The translations under genes and the position numbers were made by a program. DNA of 64,000 nucleotides. Origin: an uncultured Ignavibacteria bacterium. Its GTDB lineage: Bacteria; Bacteroidota; Ignavibacteria; Tepidaquicellales; Tepidaquicellaceae. A model generated the notes under the pieces. The model ran no database searches, was not told where the DNA came from, and saw nothing but the letters and a program-made list of their open reading frames with translations. Each line of letters opens with the position of its first letter. Positions within the stretch are counted from its first letter, which is position 1. The stretch lies in the NCBI GenBank assembly GCA_937974175.1, contig CALJIG010000027.1, positions 8,809 through 72,808 of the forward strand, read 5' to 3'. Positions 1 to 9,569 of this stretch are shown here, one piece after another.

Positions 1-1971
1 AACAAACGCTCCGAATGCAGTTAAGTTTGTTACTATCCCCGGCAGCTTCATTCCGGGTTTTAAGTCTTCCATCTTTTCAATTCCTTCGGCAAATTTAAAG
101 AGCTCGAATTTTTGCCTCGGGTCGCGTCCGGGTTTTGCAAGCTCATCCATAATATCGGTAAGCGTAGGTAAGCCGACTGTATCAGATACATATTTATTTA
201 TATCAATTTTTTTTCTTAACTCGTCTGAGTGCATAAGTTCTTCAACTGTGCATCCGGCATCTTTAGCCATTTGATAAACAATGTCATAGCTTTCAGGGTG
301 AACTGCGGATGAGTCTAACGGATTTTTTGCTTCACGTATTCTTAAAAATCCCGCTGCCTGCTCAAATGCTTTGTTGCCGAGTCGCGGTACTTTTAAAACT
401 TCATCGCGTGATTTGAAAGCGCCTTTATCATTTCTGTAGTCTATAATGCTCTTTGCAAGCTTTGGTCCGAGCCCTGATACGTATGTTAATAATTCTTTAC
501 TGGCAGTGTTCAACTCTACACCGACTTTATTAACACAGCTTACTACTACGTCATCAAGTTTATCTTTCAAAGCCTTCTGGTCAACATCATGTTGATACTG
601 GCCAACACCTATAGACTTCGCATCAATTTTTACTAACTCAGCGAGCGGGTCCATCAATCTTCTTCCTATAGAAACCGACCCCCTTACTGTAACATCGTAA
701 TCAGGAAATTCCTCACGAGCAACATCTGATGCAGAATAAATAGATGCTCCGGATTCGTTAACCATAATGGTAGGAATATCCCTTCCGAAGTCAACGGTCT
801 TTACAAATGTTTCAGTCTCGCGGCTTGCAGTTCCGTTTCCGATTGCAATCACATCAGGTCTATATTCTTCAGCAAGCTTTATTAATTTTTCCGCTGCTAA
901 TTTTTTCATCGCTTCTGATTGTGTCGGATAAATATTGTCATTCTTTAAAAGTTTTCCGTTCTCATCAAGGCATACGACTTTGCAGCCTGTTCTGAATCCC
1001 GGGTCAATTGCCAAAACTCTTTTTTCTCCCAGTGGAGCAGCAAGTAATAGCTGTCTTAAGTTATCTGCAAAAACAGCAATCGCTTCTTTATCCGCAGTCT
1101 CTTTGCTGATAACTCTTGCTTCAGTTTCCATCGAAGGTCCGAGTAGTCTTTTATATGAATCATCTATAGCAAGCTTGACCTGATTTGCCGAATCGTTATT
1201 TCCTTTTACGAATACTGATTGAAGTAAATCAATTGCATCTTCCGTTTCAGGCTCTGCTTTAAGAGATAAAAATCCTTCGTTCTCGCCGCGTCTCATTGCT
1301 AAAACTCTGTGTGAAGGAGCAGATGAAATCGGTTCGCGCCATTCGTAATAATCTTTATATTTAATTCCTTCTTCTTCTTTCCCTGAAACTACTTTCGATA
1401 TGAATATACCTTTCTTCTGATACAAGTCTCTCATCTTTTCACGCGCTTCCTGATTTTCGCTTACCCACTCGGCAATTATATCCCTTGCTCCCTGTAATGC
1501 TTCTTCAACTGTGTTCACTCCTTTCTCAGCATCGATATATTTTTCTGCTTCCGCAGTAATATCTATATTCTCTTGTGAAAAAATAGATTCACCGAGTGGT
1601 TCCAGACCTTTTTCTTTTGCCACAGTGGCTTTCGTTCTTCTCTTTGGTCTGTATGGCAGATAAATATCTTCAAGTTCAGTCAGAGTAATAGCAGATTCTA
1701 TTTTTCCTTTTAATTCATCTGTAAGAAGTTTCCTTTCTTCCAGCGAGTTAAGTATTGCCTGTCTTCTTTTATCAAGTTCTTCAAGCTGGGAAATTCTGTC
1801 TCTTATTGCAGCAATTACAACTTCATCAAGACTTCCCGTAACTTCTTTTCTGTATCGCGCTATGAAAGGTACTGTTGCATCTTCGCTTAATAACTGCGCA
1901 ACAGCTAATACCTGCTTTTGAGTAATGGATAATTCGGCTGCAATTTGTTTTGTGTGTAAGGGGTTCATCAT
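1..1971 (-). CDS. tex: Tex-family RNA-binding transcription accessory protein (C-terminus runs off the window; only the start of the S1 domain is present)
   Basis: Open minus-strand frame from ATGATG at 1971 down to base 1 (657 codons). It is absent from the ORF track because it is truncated. My translation starts MMNPLHTKQIAAELSITQKQV..FIARYRKE.. and continues with a YqgF-like segment LAIDPGFRTGCK and HhH-like segments. It ends ..KLPGIVTNLTAFGAFV, which is the S1 domain start. Confidence 0.85.
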   Translation of the reverse strand, partial: MMNPLHTKQIAAELSITQKQVLAVAQLLSEDATVPFIARYRKEVTGSLDEVVIAAIRDRISQLEELDKRRQAILNSLEERKLLTDELKGKIESAITLTELEDIYLPYRPKRRTKATVAKEKGLEPLGESIFSQENIDITAEAEKYIDAEKGVNTVEEALQGARDIIAEWVSENQEAREKMRDLYQKKGIFISKVVSGKEEEGIKYKDYYEWREPISSAPSHRVLAMRRGENEGFLSLKAEPETEDAIDLLQSVFVKGNNDSANQVKLAIDDSYKRLLGPSMETEARVISKETADKEAIAVFADNLRQLLLAAPLGEKRVLAIDPGFRTGCKVVCLDENGKLLKNDNIYPTQSEAMKKLAAEKLIKLAEEYRPDVIAIGNGTASRETETFVKTVDFGRDIPTIMVNESGASIYSASDVAREEFPDYDVTVRGSVSIGRRLMDPLAELVKIDAKSIGVGQYQHDVDQKALKDKLDDVVVSCVNKVGVELNTASKELLTYVSGLGPKLAKSIIDYRNDKGAFKSRDEVLKVPRLGNKAFEQAAGFLRIREAKNPLDSSAVHPESYDIVYQMAKDAGCTVEELMHSDELRKKIDINKYVSDTVGLPTLTDIMDELAKPGRDPRQKFELFKFAEGIEKMEDLKPGMKLPGIVTNLTAFGAFV

Positions 1972-2128
1972 GTGTCTTCTATATATAAAATTTAATATAA
2001 ATAAATATGCCACCTTTAACTAAATAAGCTGCAAGATGGCATTCAGTTGTAAAATTGTATCTGCAAAATAATTTTAAAATTTAGTAATTATAATACAGAA
2101 AAAATTATATTGCGTGGAAAGATTTATA

Positions 2129-2731
2129 TCAAATATTTTCTTTTATTCCTTTCTTAATAAGGCGCAATATAATTTCTGATTTCTTTTCAGAGTTATATTT
2201 AGAAATGTCTAAATTTTCATAGGGATTAGCGGGAATTAATGCGCTGATTAAAATCGCCGGAAGAGTAAATACTGCACCAAAAACAAGGCCTGTACCCAGC
2301 CGGTTTCCAAAGCTTGTTGAATTATCTGTATCGCTACTGTTAGTGTGGGCTCCACCTAAACTTATTTTTCCGGTAATGCAGCCCAGGATAAATCCTGCAC
2401 CGAATCCTACTAAAGCTCCTCTTCCTATAATTCCTGCCTTGCTTAAACCTGATTTATATCCAAAGGAATTTATTTTATCGAATCCAACTTTATGATTAAC
2501 CGGCTGCCATGATCTGGTGATGGAATTATATTCTGAGATTTGAAATGTCAGCGAGTCGGAAGATATTGAGCTGATTTTTACATCTTCAGCTGAAGAAATT
2601 TTACCTACTGAATTTGTATATGAAATAGAAAATATATTACCTGTTGGAAGGGAGCTATCGCCTTGACCAAATATCTTTCCATTATTTAAAGTTATTGATA
2701 TTATTAAAATAATTTTTTTGAGATTATTCAT
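2129..2731 (-). CDS. Hypothetical secreted/membrane protein with a glycine-zipper C-terminal half (paralogue of 2724..3308)
   Basis: N-terminal signal-like hydrophobic segment. Gly-rich segment IIGRGALVGFGAGFILGCITGK. The C-terminal tail KKSEIILRLIKKGIKENI is shared with its neighbour. Confidence 0.6.
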   Translation of the reverse strand: MNNLKKIILIISITLNNGKIFGQGDSSLPTGNIFSISYTNSVGKISSAEDVKISSISSDSLTFQISEYNSITRSWQPVNHKVGFDKINSFGYKSGLSKAGIIGRGALVGFGAGFILGCITGKISLGGAHTNSSDTDNSTSFGNRLGTGLVFGAVFTLPAILISALIPANPYENLDISKYNSEKKSEIILRLIKKGIKENI

Positions 2732-3308
2732 TCTCTTTCACTCCGTTGCGGATTAATCTTTTTATTATTTCAAATTTTTTTTGACGGCTGTATTTGGAGA
2801 TATCAAGCACTTCATATTCGTGAGTAAATGATGCTACCAATGAAGCAACTAATGATGCCGGAGCAGCAAGCGCAACTCCAACTAGAAACCCTGTTCCAAT
2901 ATGGTCGGCAAATTCCGGCTTTCTGCTTCCATCGCCTACAATATTAATTTTTCCTTCTATTGCACCTAAGATAAATCCTAAACCAAAACTGACCAATGCT
3001 GTTCTTCCTATTATTGCTCCTTTACTCGGGCCTACTTTATATCCGAATTTTTGTATTCTGTCAAATACTAACTGCTTCTTTACATATTTATTTTCATTTG
3101 ATGTTCTTCCGAAAACAATATATTCGTAAGAAAGTGAAATTGAATCAATAGAAGTTAATCTTACGTCTTCAAGATTTTGGACTTCATTGTTAAAATCTTT
3201 TAATGAAATTAAAAAAATATTATCAGTTTTATATGAGCTGTCGGTTTGAGAAAATAGTTTTGTTGTAAATAGAACCAGAATGAGAAGGAGAACTATTGGG
3301 GCTTTCAT
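2724..3308 (-). CDS. Hypothetical secreted/membrane glycine-zipper protein (paralogue of 2129..2731)
   Basis: Same architecture as its neighbour: signal peptide, IIGRTALVSFGLGFILGAIEGK, and tail KKFEIIKRLIRNGVKENE. It overlaps the downstream paralogue by 8 nt. Confidence 0.6.
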   Translation of the reverse strand: MKAPIVLLLILVLFTTKLFSQTDSSYKTDNIFLISLKDFNNEVQNLEDVRLTSIDSISLSYEYIVFGRTSNENKYVKKQLVFDRIQKFGYKVGPSKGAIIGRTALVSFGLGFILGAIEGKINIVGDGSRKPEFADHIGTGFLVGVALAAPASLVASLVASFTHEYEVLDISKYSRQKKFEIIKRLIRNGVKENE

Positions 3309-3319
3309 TATATAAAATT

Positions 3320-4954
3320 TTAATTTATTTCAGCGATTGCCTTCGCCACATTCTGCCCGTCCAGAGCGGCAGAAATAATTCCTCCGGCATAGCCTGCACC
3401 TTCACCGCACGGGTAAAGGTTCTTTATTTGAATGTGCTGGTAGTCATTTTTGTTCCGCGGAATTTTTAGCGGCGAGCTTGTACGTGACTCTATTCCTACC
3501 ATCATTCCTTCATTTGAAAAATATCCTTTCATTTTTTTTCCGTAATCAACAAATGCTGATTTTAATTTTATGCTGAAAAATTCAGGAAGCAGTAAATCAA
3601 AATCGTGAGAATAAACTCCCGGTATATATGATGTCTCATTCAATTCTAAAGAAGTAATGCCTTTTACAAAATCCGTTATCTTTTGTGCCGGTGCCTGCTG
3701 TGTACTTTTGCCCGACGCATTAAAAAATCTTTTTTCAATTAATGACTGAAGTATTAATCCGTCGAACGTTTCACTTAATTCGCTCAGATTATTATTTACT
3801 CTGAATTCTTCTTTTAGATTCTTTACTTCGTTCGGATTTTCTTTGTTTATGTCGGAAAGAATTTTATTATAATCATCTGTTTCAAGTGCAACAACAATTC
3901 CGGAGTTGGCATAAGGAGAATCGCGTCGTGAGAGCGACATTCCGTTTACAACTATTTCTTCGGGAGCAGTTGCTGCAGGGACAATAAGTCCGCCGGGGCA
4001 CATGCAGAATGAAAATACTCCGCGGCCGTCTGCCTGTGTAACGAGTTTATAACTTGATGCAGGAAGATATTCATCCCTTGGATTTTGTTTGTATTGAATT
4101 TCATCTATCAAAGCCTGCGGATGCTCGGCCCTTACTCCAATTGCAAACGGCTTTGCCTCAAGGTAAACATTTTTCTTTTGCAAAAGAAAAAATATATCGC
4201 GGGCAGAGTGTCCCGTTGCAAGTATAACTGCATCAGCAGTGTGTTCATCTTTATTATTTACAATTACACCCTTCATCATTTCATTCTCAATGATGAAGTC
4301 AGTTACTTTAGAATCGAAATGAACTTCTCCGCCGAACTCTATAATAGTCTCTCTTATATTTTGAATTATACCCGGCAATTTATTTGAGCCGATATGCGGA
4401 TGAGATTCAACCAGTATATCGGGATTAGCTCCATGCTCAACAAGTATTCGCATTGCCTTATCTATATCGCCGCGTTTATGCGAGCGTGTGTAAAGCTTGC
4501 CGTCGGAATACGTTCCTGCTCCGCCTTCACCAAAGCAGTAATTCGAATCGGGATTAACAATGCTGAACTGCTGTATAGCGCGCAGATCTTTTCTTCGCTC
4601 ACGGGCATCTTTGCCTCTGTCAAAAATGATTGGTTTAATTCCGTTTTCGATCAATTCCATAGCAGCGAAATATCCTGCAGGTCCTGCTCCAATAATTATA
4701 ACTTTTTTGTTGCCGGAAACTTTTTTGAATGAAGATTTTACCGGAGGAATCTCTTTCGGGACTTCATTTACGTAGGCATTGATAAGAAGACTTATGCGTG
4801 GAGTTCTTGAGCGCGCATCGATTGAGCTGCGGTCTTTTACTATGTGAAGAACATCAGTTTTTTTAAGGGATAAATTACTTCTTACTAGCTGTTCGATGAA
4901 TTCATCATCTGCTGCTTCCTTCGGTGAAAGAATCAGTTCAATTCTTTTGATCAT
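3320..4954 (-). CDS. FAD-dependent oxidoreductase (uncharacterised FAD-dependent dehydrogenase family)
   Basis: Rossmann dinucleotide motif VIIIGAGPAGYFAA. C-terminal CGEGAGYAGGI motif typical of this family. 544 aa. Confidence 0.75.
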   Translation of the reverse strand: MIKRIELILSPKEAADDEFIEQLVRSNLSLKKTDVLHIVKDRSSIDARSRTPRISLLINAYVNEVPKEIPPVKSSFKKVSGNKKVIIIGAGPAGYFAAMELIENGIKPIIFDRGKDARERRKDLRAIQQFSIVNPDSNYCFGEGGAGTYSDGKLYTRSHKRGDIDKAMRILVEHGANPDILVESHPHIGSNKLPGIIQNIRETIIEFGGEVHFDSKVTDFIIENEMMKGVIVNNKDEHTADAVILATGHSARDIFFLLQKKNVYLEAKPFAIGVRAEHPQALIDEIQYKQNPRDEYLPASSYKLVTQADGRGVFSFCMCPGGLIVPAATAPEEIVVNGMSLSRRDSPYANSGIVVALETDDYNKILSDINKENPNEVKNLKEEFRVNNNLSELSETFDGLILQSLIEKRFFNASGKSTQQAPAQKITDFVKGITSLELNETSYIPGVYSHDFDLLLPEFFSIKLKSAFVDYGKKMKGYFSNEGMMVGIESRTSSPLKIPRNKNDYQHIQIKNLYPCGEGAGYAGGIISAALDGQNVAKAIAEIN

Positions 4955-4993
4955 TTTTGGTGTTCACTATTTATGTGAAAAAAAGTAGAATCT

Positions 4994-6277
4994 TTAGATT
5001 CTTACTATAAACTCAGTGCCTTTTTCTTTTATGCTTTTAACTTCTATTGTACCGTTATGCGCTTCAATAATTTTTTTTACAATGTTTAGTCCGAGGCCAT
5101 ATCCTGCGATTGATTTATTCCGCGATTTATCTACTCTGTAAAACGGTTCAAAAATATATTTTATTTCATTATCCGGAATACCCGCACCGGTATCTTTTAC
5201 TTTTAAAATAAATCCGGTAGAGTTATCAGGATTTTGCTCTGCTCTTATTTTAATAGTATCCTTTGAATATTTTAAAGCGTTATCAATAAGATTCTTAAGA
5301 ACTATTTCTATTTTTTTCTTATCGGCTCTAACTGATAATTTATTTTTACTCTCAAAATAAATCCGCTCAGTCATAAATTTTTCCGCAGCGTTTTCGATCA
5401 GTTCGTTCAAATCAAAATCTGTTATCTCAGGTTTTGAGAGAGCGCTTTCTTTCTTGTAATTATCGAGTAGCTCGCCGACCATATGCTCCATTTCGTTTAC
5501 ATCATCCTTAATTCTGTTCTTAATTTTTTCATTGTCAATAAACTCACTTGAAAGTTTCATTCTTGTCAGCGGAGTCCTCAGTTCATGTGAAACATCAACT
5601 AGCAAAGTTTCTTTTGCCTTCATTGAGCTTTGAATGTTATCCGTCATGTTATTTATTAATCCAGCCAGCTTACCGAACTCATCTTTTGATTTCAAATCAA
5701 TTCTGTAATCAAGTTTTCCTTTACTTATTTCCTCTACTCCTTTGGAGAGAGTTTTCACTGGACTTAACAACCACCTTAAAGCAAAGTATAAAAAGAAAAT
5801 TACGATTGTAAAGAAACATATTACTGCAATAATTGCCTTTGGTGTATTTGCAAAGTCTCGTGGAAGCCATGGAGAAATTGTTATAAATCCGTTTTCAACT
5901 TTAGTTACCGAGTATAATCTCGATTTGTACCGGCTGAAGCTTTTTGAGGTATCTAAATTTTTCTGTTTTAAAATCTCATCAGCTCCTGCCATAGATTCAT
6001 CTGTTGACCAGTGAAAATTATTAAGATCGTATCTGATATTTAAGTTAAGCTCGCGGGAAAGCTCTCTTGCTTTAGCTGTATCAGGAGGAATGCCGACATC
6101 CTGTATAACGTATTTATTTAGCAGAGCAGGATATCTGTGCAGCATGCTCAGAGGATCTCTTTCCAGACTAAAGTATACAAAAAAAGAAGTAAGAGAATTT
6201 ACCAGTACAACAAAAGCTATTAATATAATACCCAGCTTTAAAAATACTGACGATTTAATTTTCCTGAAAATCCGCAT
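4994..6277 (-). CDS. Sensor histidine kinase (two TM segments, HAMP, HisKA, HATPase)
   Basis: H-box VSHELRTPLT. N-box NLIDNALKY. G-boxes DTGAGI and GYGLGL. Two hydrophobic segments flank a periplasmic domain of about 110 aa. Confidence 0.85.
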   Translation of the reverse strand: MRIFRKIKSSVFLKLGIILIAFVVLVNSLTSFFVYFSLERDPLSMLHRYPALLNKYVIQDVGIPPDTAKARELSRELNLNIRYDLNNFHWSTDESMAGADEILKQKNLDTSKSFSRYKSRLYSVTKVENGFITISPWLPRDFANTPKAIIAVICFFTIVIFFLYFALRWLLSPVKTLSKGVEEISKGKLDYRIDLKSKDEFGKLAGLINNMTDNIQSSMKAKETLLVDVSHELRTPLTRMKLSSEFIDNEKIKNRIKDDVNEMEHMVGELLDNYKKESALSKPEITDFDLNELIENAAEKFMTERIYFESKNKLSVRADKKKIEIVLKNLIDNALKYSKDTIKIRAEQNPDNSTGFILKVKDTGAGIPDNEIKYIFEPFYRVDKSRNKSIAGYGLGLNIVKKIIEAHNGTIEVKSIKEKGTEFIVRI

Positions 6278-6944
6278 GAAATATATATCCTACTGATTGA
6301 ACAGTTTTGATTAAGCTGCTTGTTTTATCTTTTAGTTTTGTTCTTAGCCGCGAGACCATTACATCTATGCTTCTGTCAGAATACTGCCAGCTCATTCCTT
6401 TTGTCTTCTGCATAAGAAATTCACGCGATAAAACTTTGCCGTTATTATTTGCAAAAAGAACAAGAATTTCAAATTCAGTTGTCGTTATATCAACGGGTTT
6501 GTTGTTCAATTTTACTGAACGGTTCGCAGTGTTTATTGTTATGTTCTTAAATTTTATTTCTTCCGATGAGACAACTTTTCCCTCTACTCTTCTGAATATT
6601 GCTTGAATCCTGGCAAGCAGTTCGCGCGGTTCAAAAGGTTTTGATAAGTAATCATCTGCGCCAAGTTCTAGTCCTACAATCTTATCTGTTGTTTCTCCTC
6701 TGGCAGTAAGCATGATTACGGGAATCTGAAAACTCTTTCTCAATTCTTTCAGAGTTTCAAAACCGTCCATATCGGGCATCATTATATCTAAAATGATCAG
6801 ATCGTATGAATTCGTTTTAAGATTTGTCAGGGCATTTACCGGATTATCAAAGTGAGTAACCTTGTAAGAATATTTTTCAAGATATTCAGTGAGCAGCTCG
6901 CCAAGCTTTTTATCGTCATCAATTACTAATATACTTCTATTCAT
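6255..6944 (-). CDS. OmpR/PhoB-family response regulator (receiver plus winged-helix domain)
   Basis: Receiver motifs ILVIDDD, DLIILDIMMPDMDG and LTARG. C-terminal winged-helix segment LTTTEFEIL...VGY. It overlaps the kinase gene by 23 nt. Confidence 0.9.
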   Translation of the reverse strand: MNRSILVIDDDKKLGELLTEYLEKYSYKVTHFDNPVNALTNLKTNSYDLIILDIMMPDMDGFETLKELRKSFQIPVIMLTARGETTDKIVGLELGADDYLSKPFEPRELLARIQAIFRRVEGKVVSSEEIKFKNITINTANRSVKLNNKPVDITTTEFEILVLFANNNGKVLSREFLMQKTKGMSWQYSDRSIDVMVSRLRTKLKDKTSSLIKTVQSVGYIFHADFQEN

Positions 6945-6964
6945 TTTAGTTTTTAAATTAAAAT

Positions 6965-6990
6965 GGCGGTATCAAATTAATAATACCGCC
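6965..6990 (-). terminator. 8-bp GC-rich hairpin between the LTXXQ gene and the response-regulator gene (possible terminator or attenuator)
   Basis: GGCGGTAT (6965-6972) pairs with ATACCGCC (6983-6990). On the minus strand it is followed by an AT-rich, T-containing tract. Confidence 0.4.
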
Positions 6991-6998
6991 GTTTTGAA

Positions 6999-7553
6999 TT
7001 ATTTTTCATGCTGAAAATTTTCCATCTTCTCATGAAATTTATTTCTCACTTTTTCCATTTTATCCGCAGCCTGCTTTCGTTGTTCAGGTGTCAGTATATC
7101 ATGGAATTCAATTATCTTGCTCTCAGCATAATCTTTCATTTCTGTTCTTTCCTGTTCATGCTTTTGGTACATACTTTCCAGTGAAGCTTTATCAAGGTTG
7201 TCCTTTCTGAATTCGTCAATGAAATTGTTAAACTTTTCTTTTCTTCCTGACTTCTTGGATTCCATCTTTGCTTTTATATCATTCTTCAAAGAAGTGATTT
7301 TTGCTTTCTGGTCATCTGATAAAGTAATATCTTCAGTAACCTTATCAATGATAATTCCGATAGGTCCACCGGTTTTAAGATGATACATTTTTTTTGCAAA
7401 ACTCACTCCTGCAAAAGATACTGTAAGAAAAAGAAAAACTGCGAGCGATAAAAGGATTTTTCGTTTTGTTGTAGAAAAAAATCCTTTTTTGATTTGTTCA
7501 GGATTTTCTGACTCCTGAGTATTAATTTGATTTTCCATTTTAATTGTCTCCAA
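6999..7553 (-). CDS. Spy/CpxP-like periplasmic LTXXQ-motif protein
   Basis: N-terminal TM/signal segment. Helical, charged body with LSDDQ and LTPEQ (LTXXQ-type) motifs. It lies directly upstream of the RR-HK pair on the same strand. Confidence 0.6.
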   Translation of the reverse strand: METIKMENQINTQESENPEQIKKGFFSTTKRKILLSLAVFLFLTVSFAGVSFAKKMYHLKTGGPIGIIIDKVTEDITLSDDQKAKITSLKNDIKAKMESKKSGRKEKFNNFIDEFRKDNLDKASLESMYQKHEQERTEMKDYAESKIIEFHDILTPEQRKQAADKMEKVRNKFHEKMENFQHEK

Positions 7554-7630
7554 TGTTTAATTTACACTACAAAAATAAGCGTAATTTATTTCATGGATAT
7601 GTCAGGATTGTAAATCTTTGTAACAGGTGA

Positions 7631-8173
7631 TTAATCTTTTATTTTTTCAGCGAGCTCTTTACCCAAGGCAATTAATCTGGTTTTTGTGCCTTCATCTTTT
7701 ATATTACCCTCTTCATCAAAAAGATTTTGCGCAAGAGGCATATATATCTGAGTAGGAAGAACATGTGCGGCTAAAACTCTGAATACGGGAAGAAAAGCAA
7801 GCTGAGCGCGGACAGTTCCCCATGAACTTGTAGAGGCTCCTGCAAGAGCAATCCACTTTCCTTTGAACGGCTGATCTTTGAATCGCGAAAGCCAGTCAAT
7901 TACATTTTTAAATCCGCCCGGAAGCGAGTGATTATATTCGGGAGTAGCAATGAGCAATCCTTTTGCTTTGGCAAGCTTTTCTTTTAGCTTAATTACATTT
8001 TCCGGTTTTCCGGCTTTATCGGTATCTTCATCATATATCGGCATAGGGTAGTCAGTCAGATTAATTATCTCAACATCTGCGCCGGCTTCCTGTGCACCTT
8101 GTACCATGTATTTCAAAGCCATTTTATTGTAAGACTTTTCTCTGAAGCTGCCTGCAATGGCTTTGATAATCAT
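7631..8173 (-). CDS. NAD(P)H-dependent FMN reductase family oxidoreductase
   Basis: 180 aa, flavodoxin-like. Contains ..ATPEYNHSLPGGFKNVIDWLS.., typical of the NADPH-dependent FMN reductase family. Confidence 0.75.
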   Translation of the reverse strand: MIIKAIAGSFREKSYNKMALKYMVQGAQEAGADVEIINLTDYPMPIYDEDTDKAGKPENVIKLKEKLAKAKGLLIATPEYNHSLPGGFKNVIDWLSRFKDQPFKGKWIALAGASTSSWGTVRAQLAFLPVFRVLAAHVLPTQIYMPLAQNLFDEEGNIKDEGTKTRLIALGKELAEKIKD

Positions 8174-8182
8174 AAAGTATTT

Positions 8183-8839
8183 TTAGAATTTTACACCGAA
8201 TGCAATTTGAAATCCTGTAAGATTTGTTATCGGCTTGCCGTAAAGGCTGTTCACTTCTTTCCCTATAGGAGTAACGTATGAGTAGTTTACATTGAAAGAA
8301 AAAGCAACTGACTGCGTTTCTTTAAATTCAAGACCTGCTCCTGCAAATCCACCCATAGCAAACGCTGCCTGCATATATCCCAGCGCGTTAAAATAATCTC
8401 TTGAGTATGGATTAGTAAGAACTAAAGAAGGCGAAATTCCAAAATTGATTATCGGTTTAATGTTACCTTCTATATCATCACTGAAAATACCTTTTTTAAT
8501 ACTGATGTTTAGAGGAATGAGCATAATTCTGTTCTCTTTATTCTGAGTCATCTTGTTCCCGAATACATCGTACTGTTCAAATTCCCTGCTATCGGATACG
8601 CTCATTAATGCCAAACCTGTTATAAGCTGTGTGTTGCTATTGAGAGTTTTTACATAGTTAACCGAGGGACCAAAGCCATTCTCGCTATATGCGAATGAAA
8701 TTCCCCAAGGGCTTGGAGTATCTTTCTCAATTTTTTTAGGTGTAACTTTAGTTGTGGTTTTAAGGGTGTCTGAGGCATTTGCTGACGTAAAACATAGGGG
8801 TATTAGAACAAGGGCTAAAATAACACTTAATTTCTTCAT
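8183..8839 (-). CDS. Outer-membrane beta-barrel protein (porin-family fold, function unknown)
   Basis: Signal peptide. Alternating hydrophobic beta-strand pattern. C-terminal aromatic residue (..FGVKF). Confidence 0.55.
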   Translation of the reverse strand: MKKLSVILALVLIPLCFTSANASDTLKTTTKVTPKKIEKDTPSPWGISFAYSENGFGPSVNYVKTLNSNTQLITGLALMSVSDSREFEQYDVFGNKMTQNKENRIMLIPLNISIKKGIFSDDIEGNIKPIINFGISPSLVLTNPYSRDYFNALGYMQAAFAMGGFAGAGLEFKETQSVAFSFNVNYSYVTPIGKEVNSLYGKPITNLTGFQIAFGVKF

Positions 8840-8953
8840 CTATGATTTATTTTATATTATAGAAAATAGAATTTTCAGGATTAAAATTCCATCAGATTAC
8901 CAATGTGGAAATAACTCAATTGTAATACCTAACATAATTGTTTAATTTTTAAG

Positions 8954-9565
8954 TTGAAACAGCATTTTCTATTGACTGAAAAAAGATATAATAAGTTAGC
9001 AAAAGTAATAAGTCACAGGCAGGATGACTTAACTGTAGTTCTGGAAAATATTCATGACCCGCATAACGTAAGCGCAATTTTCAGAAGCGTGGAATCAATC
9101 GGAGTCGATAAAGTTTACTTAATATATAATACAAATAAATTCCCGAGAATAGGCAAATTCTCTTCAGCCAGTGCTAAAAAATGGGTGAGGACGGAGAAGT
9201 ATTCAAATCCTGAAGATTGTTTTGCCGAGTTAAGAAAGCAGGGCTTTAAAATCTACACAACACATCTTTCAGAAGAGATTGAAAATGTTTCTTTATATGA
9301 TTTAGACCTTACTGAAAAATGCGCAATAGTAATCGGCAATGAGCATGCAGGAGTTTCAGATGAAGCTGTGAAATTATCAGATAAAAATTTTGTTATACCT
9401 ATGTACGGAATGATACAGTCTTTGAACGTTTCTGTCTCCGCCGCAATATGTGTTTACGAGGCACTTAGACAGCGCGAAGTGAAAGGAATGTACCGCAAGA
9501 ATTACTCTGAAGCAGAGCTTCAGCAAAAAGTAGAAAATTACACAAAAGGAATTACTAAAAAATAA
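8954..9565 (+). CDS. SpoU/TrmH-family RNA 2'-O-methyltransferase
   Basis: SPOUT motifs ENIHDPHNVSAIFRS, IVIGNEHAGVS and IPMYGMIQSLNVSVSAAI. TTG start. Confidence 0.8.
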   Translation: MKQHFLLTEKRYNKLAKVISHRQDDLTVVLENIHDPHNVSAIFRSVESIGVDKVYLIYNTNKFPRIGKFSSASAKKWVRTEKYSNPEDCFAELRKQGFKIYTTHLSEEIENVSLYDLDLTEKCAIVIGNEHAGVSDEAVKLSDKNFVIPMYGMIQSLNVSVSAAICVYEALRQREVKGMYRKNYSEAELQQKVENYTKGITKK

Positions 9566-9569
9566 GATT

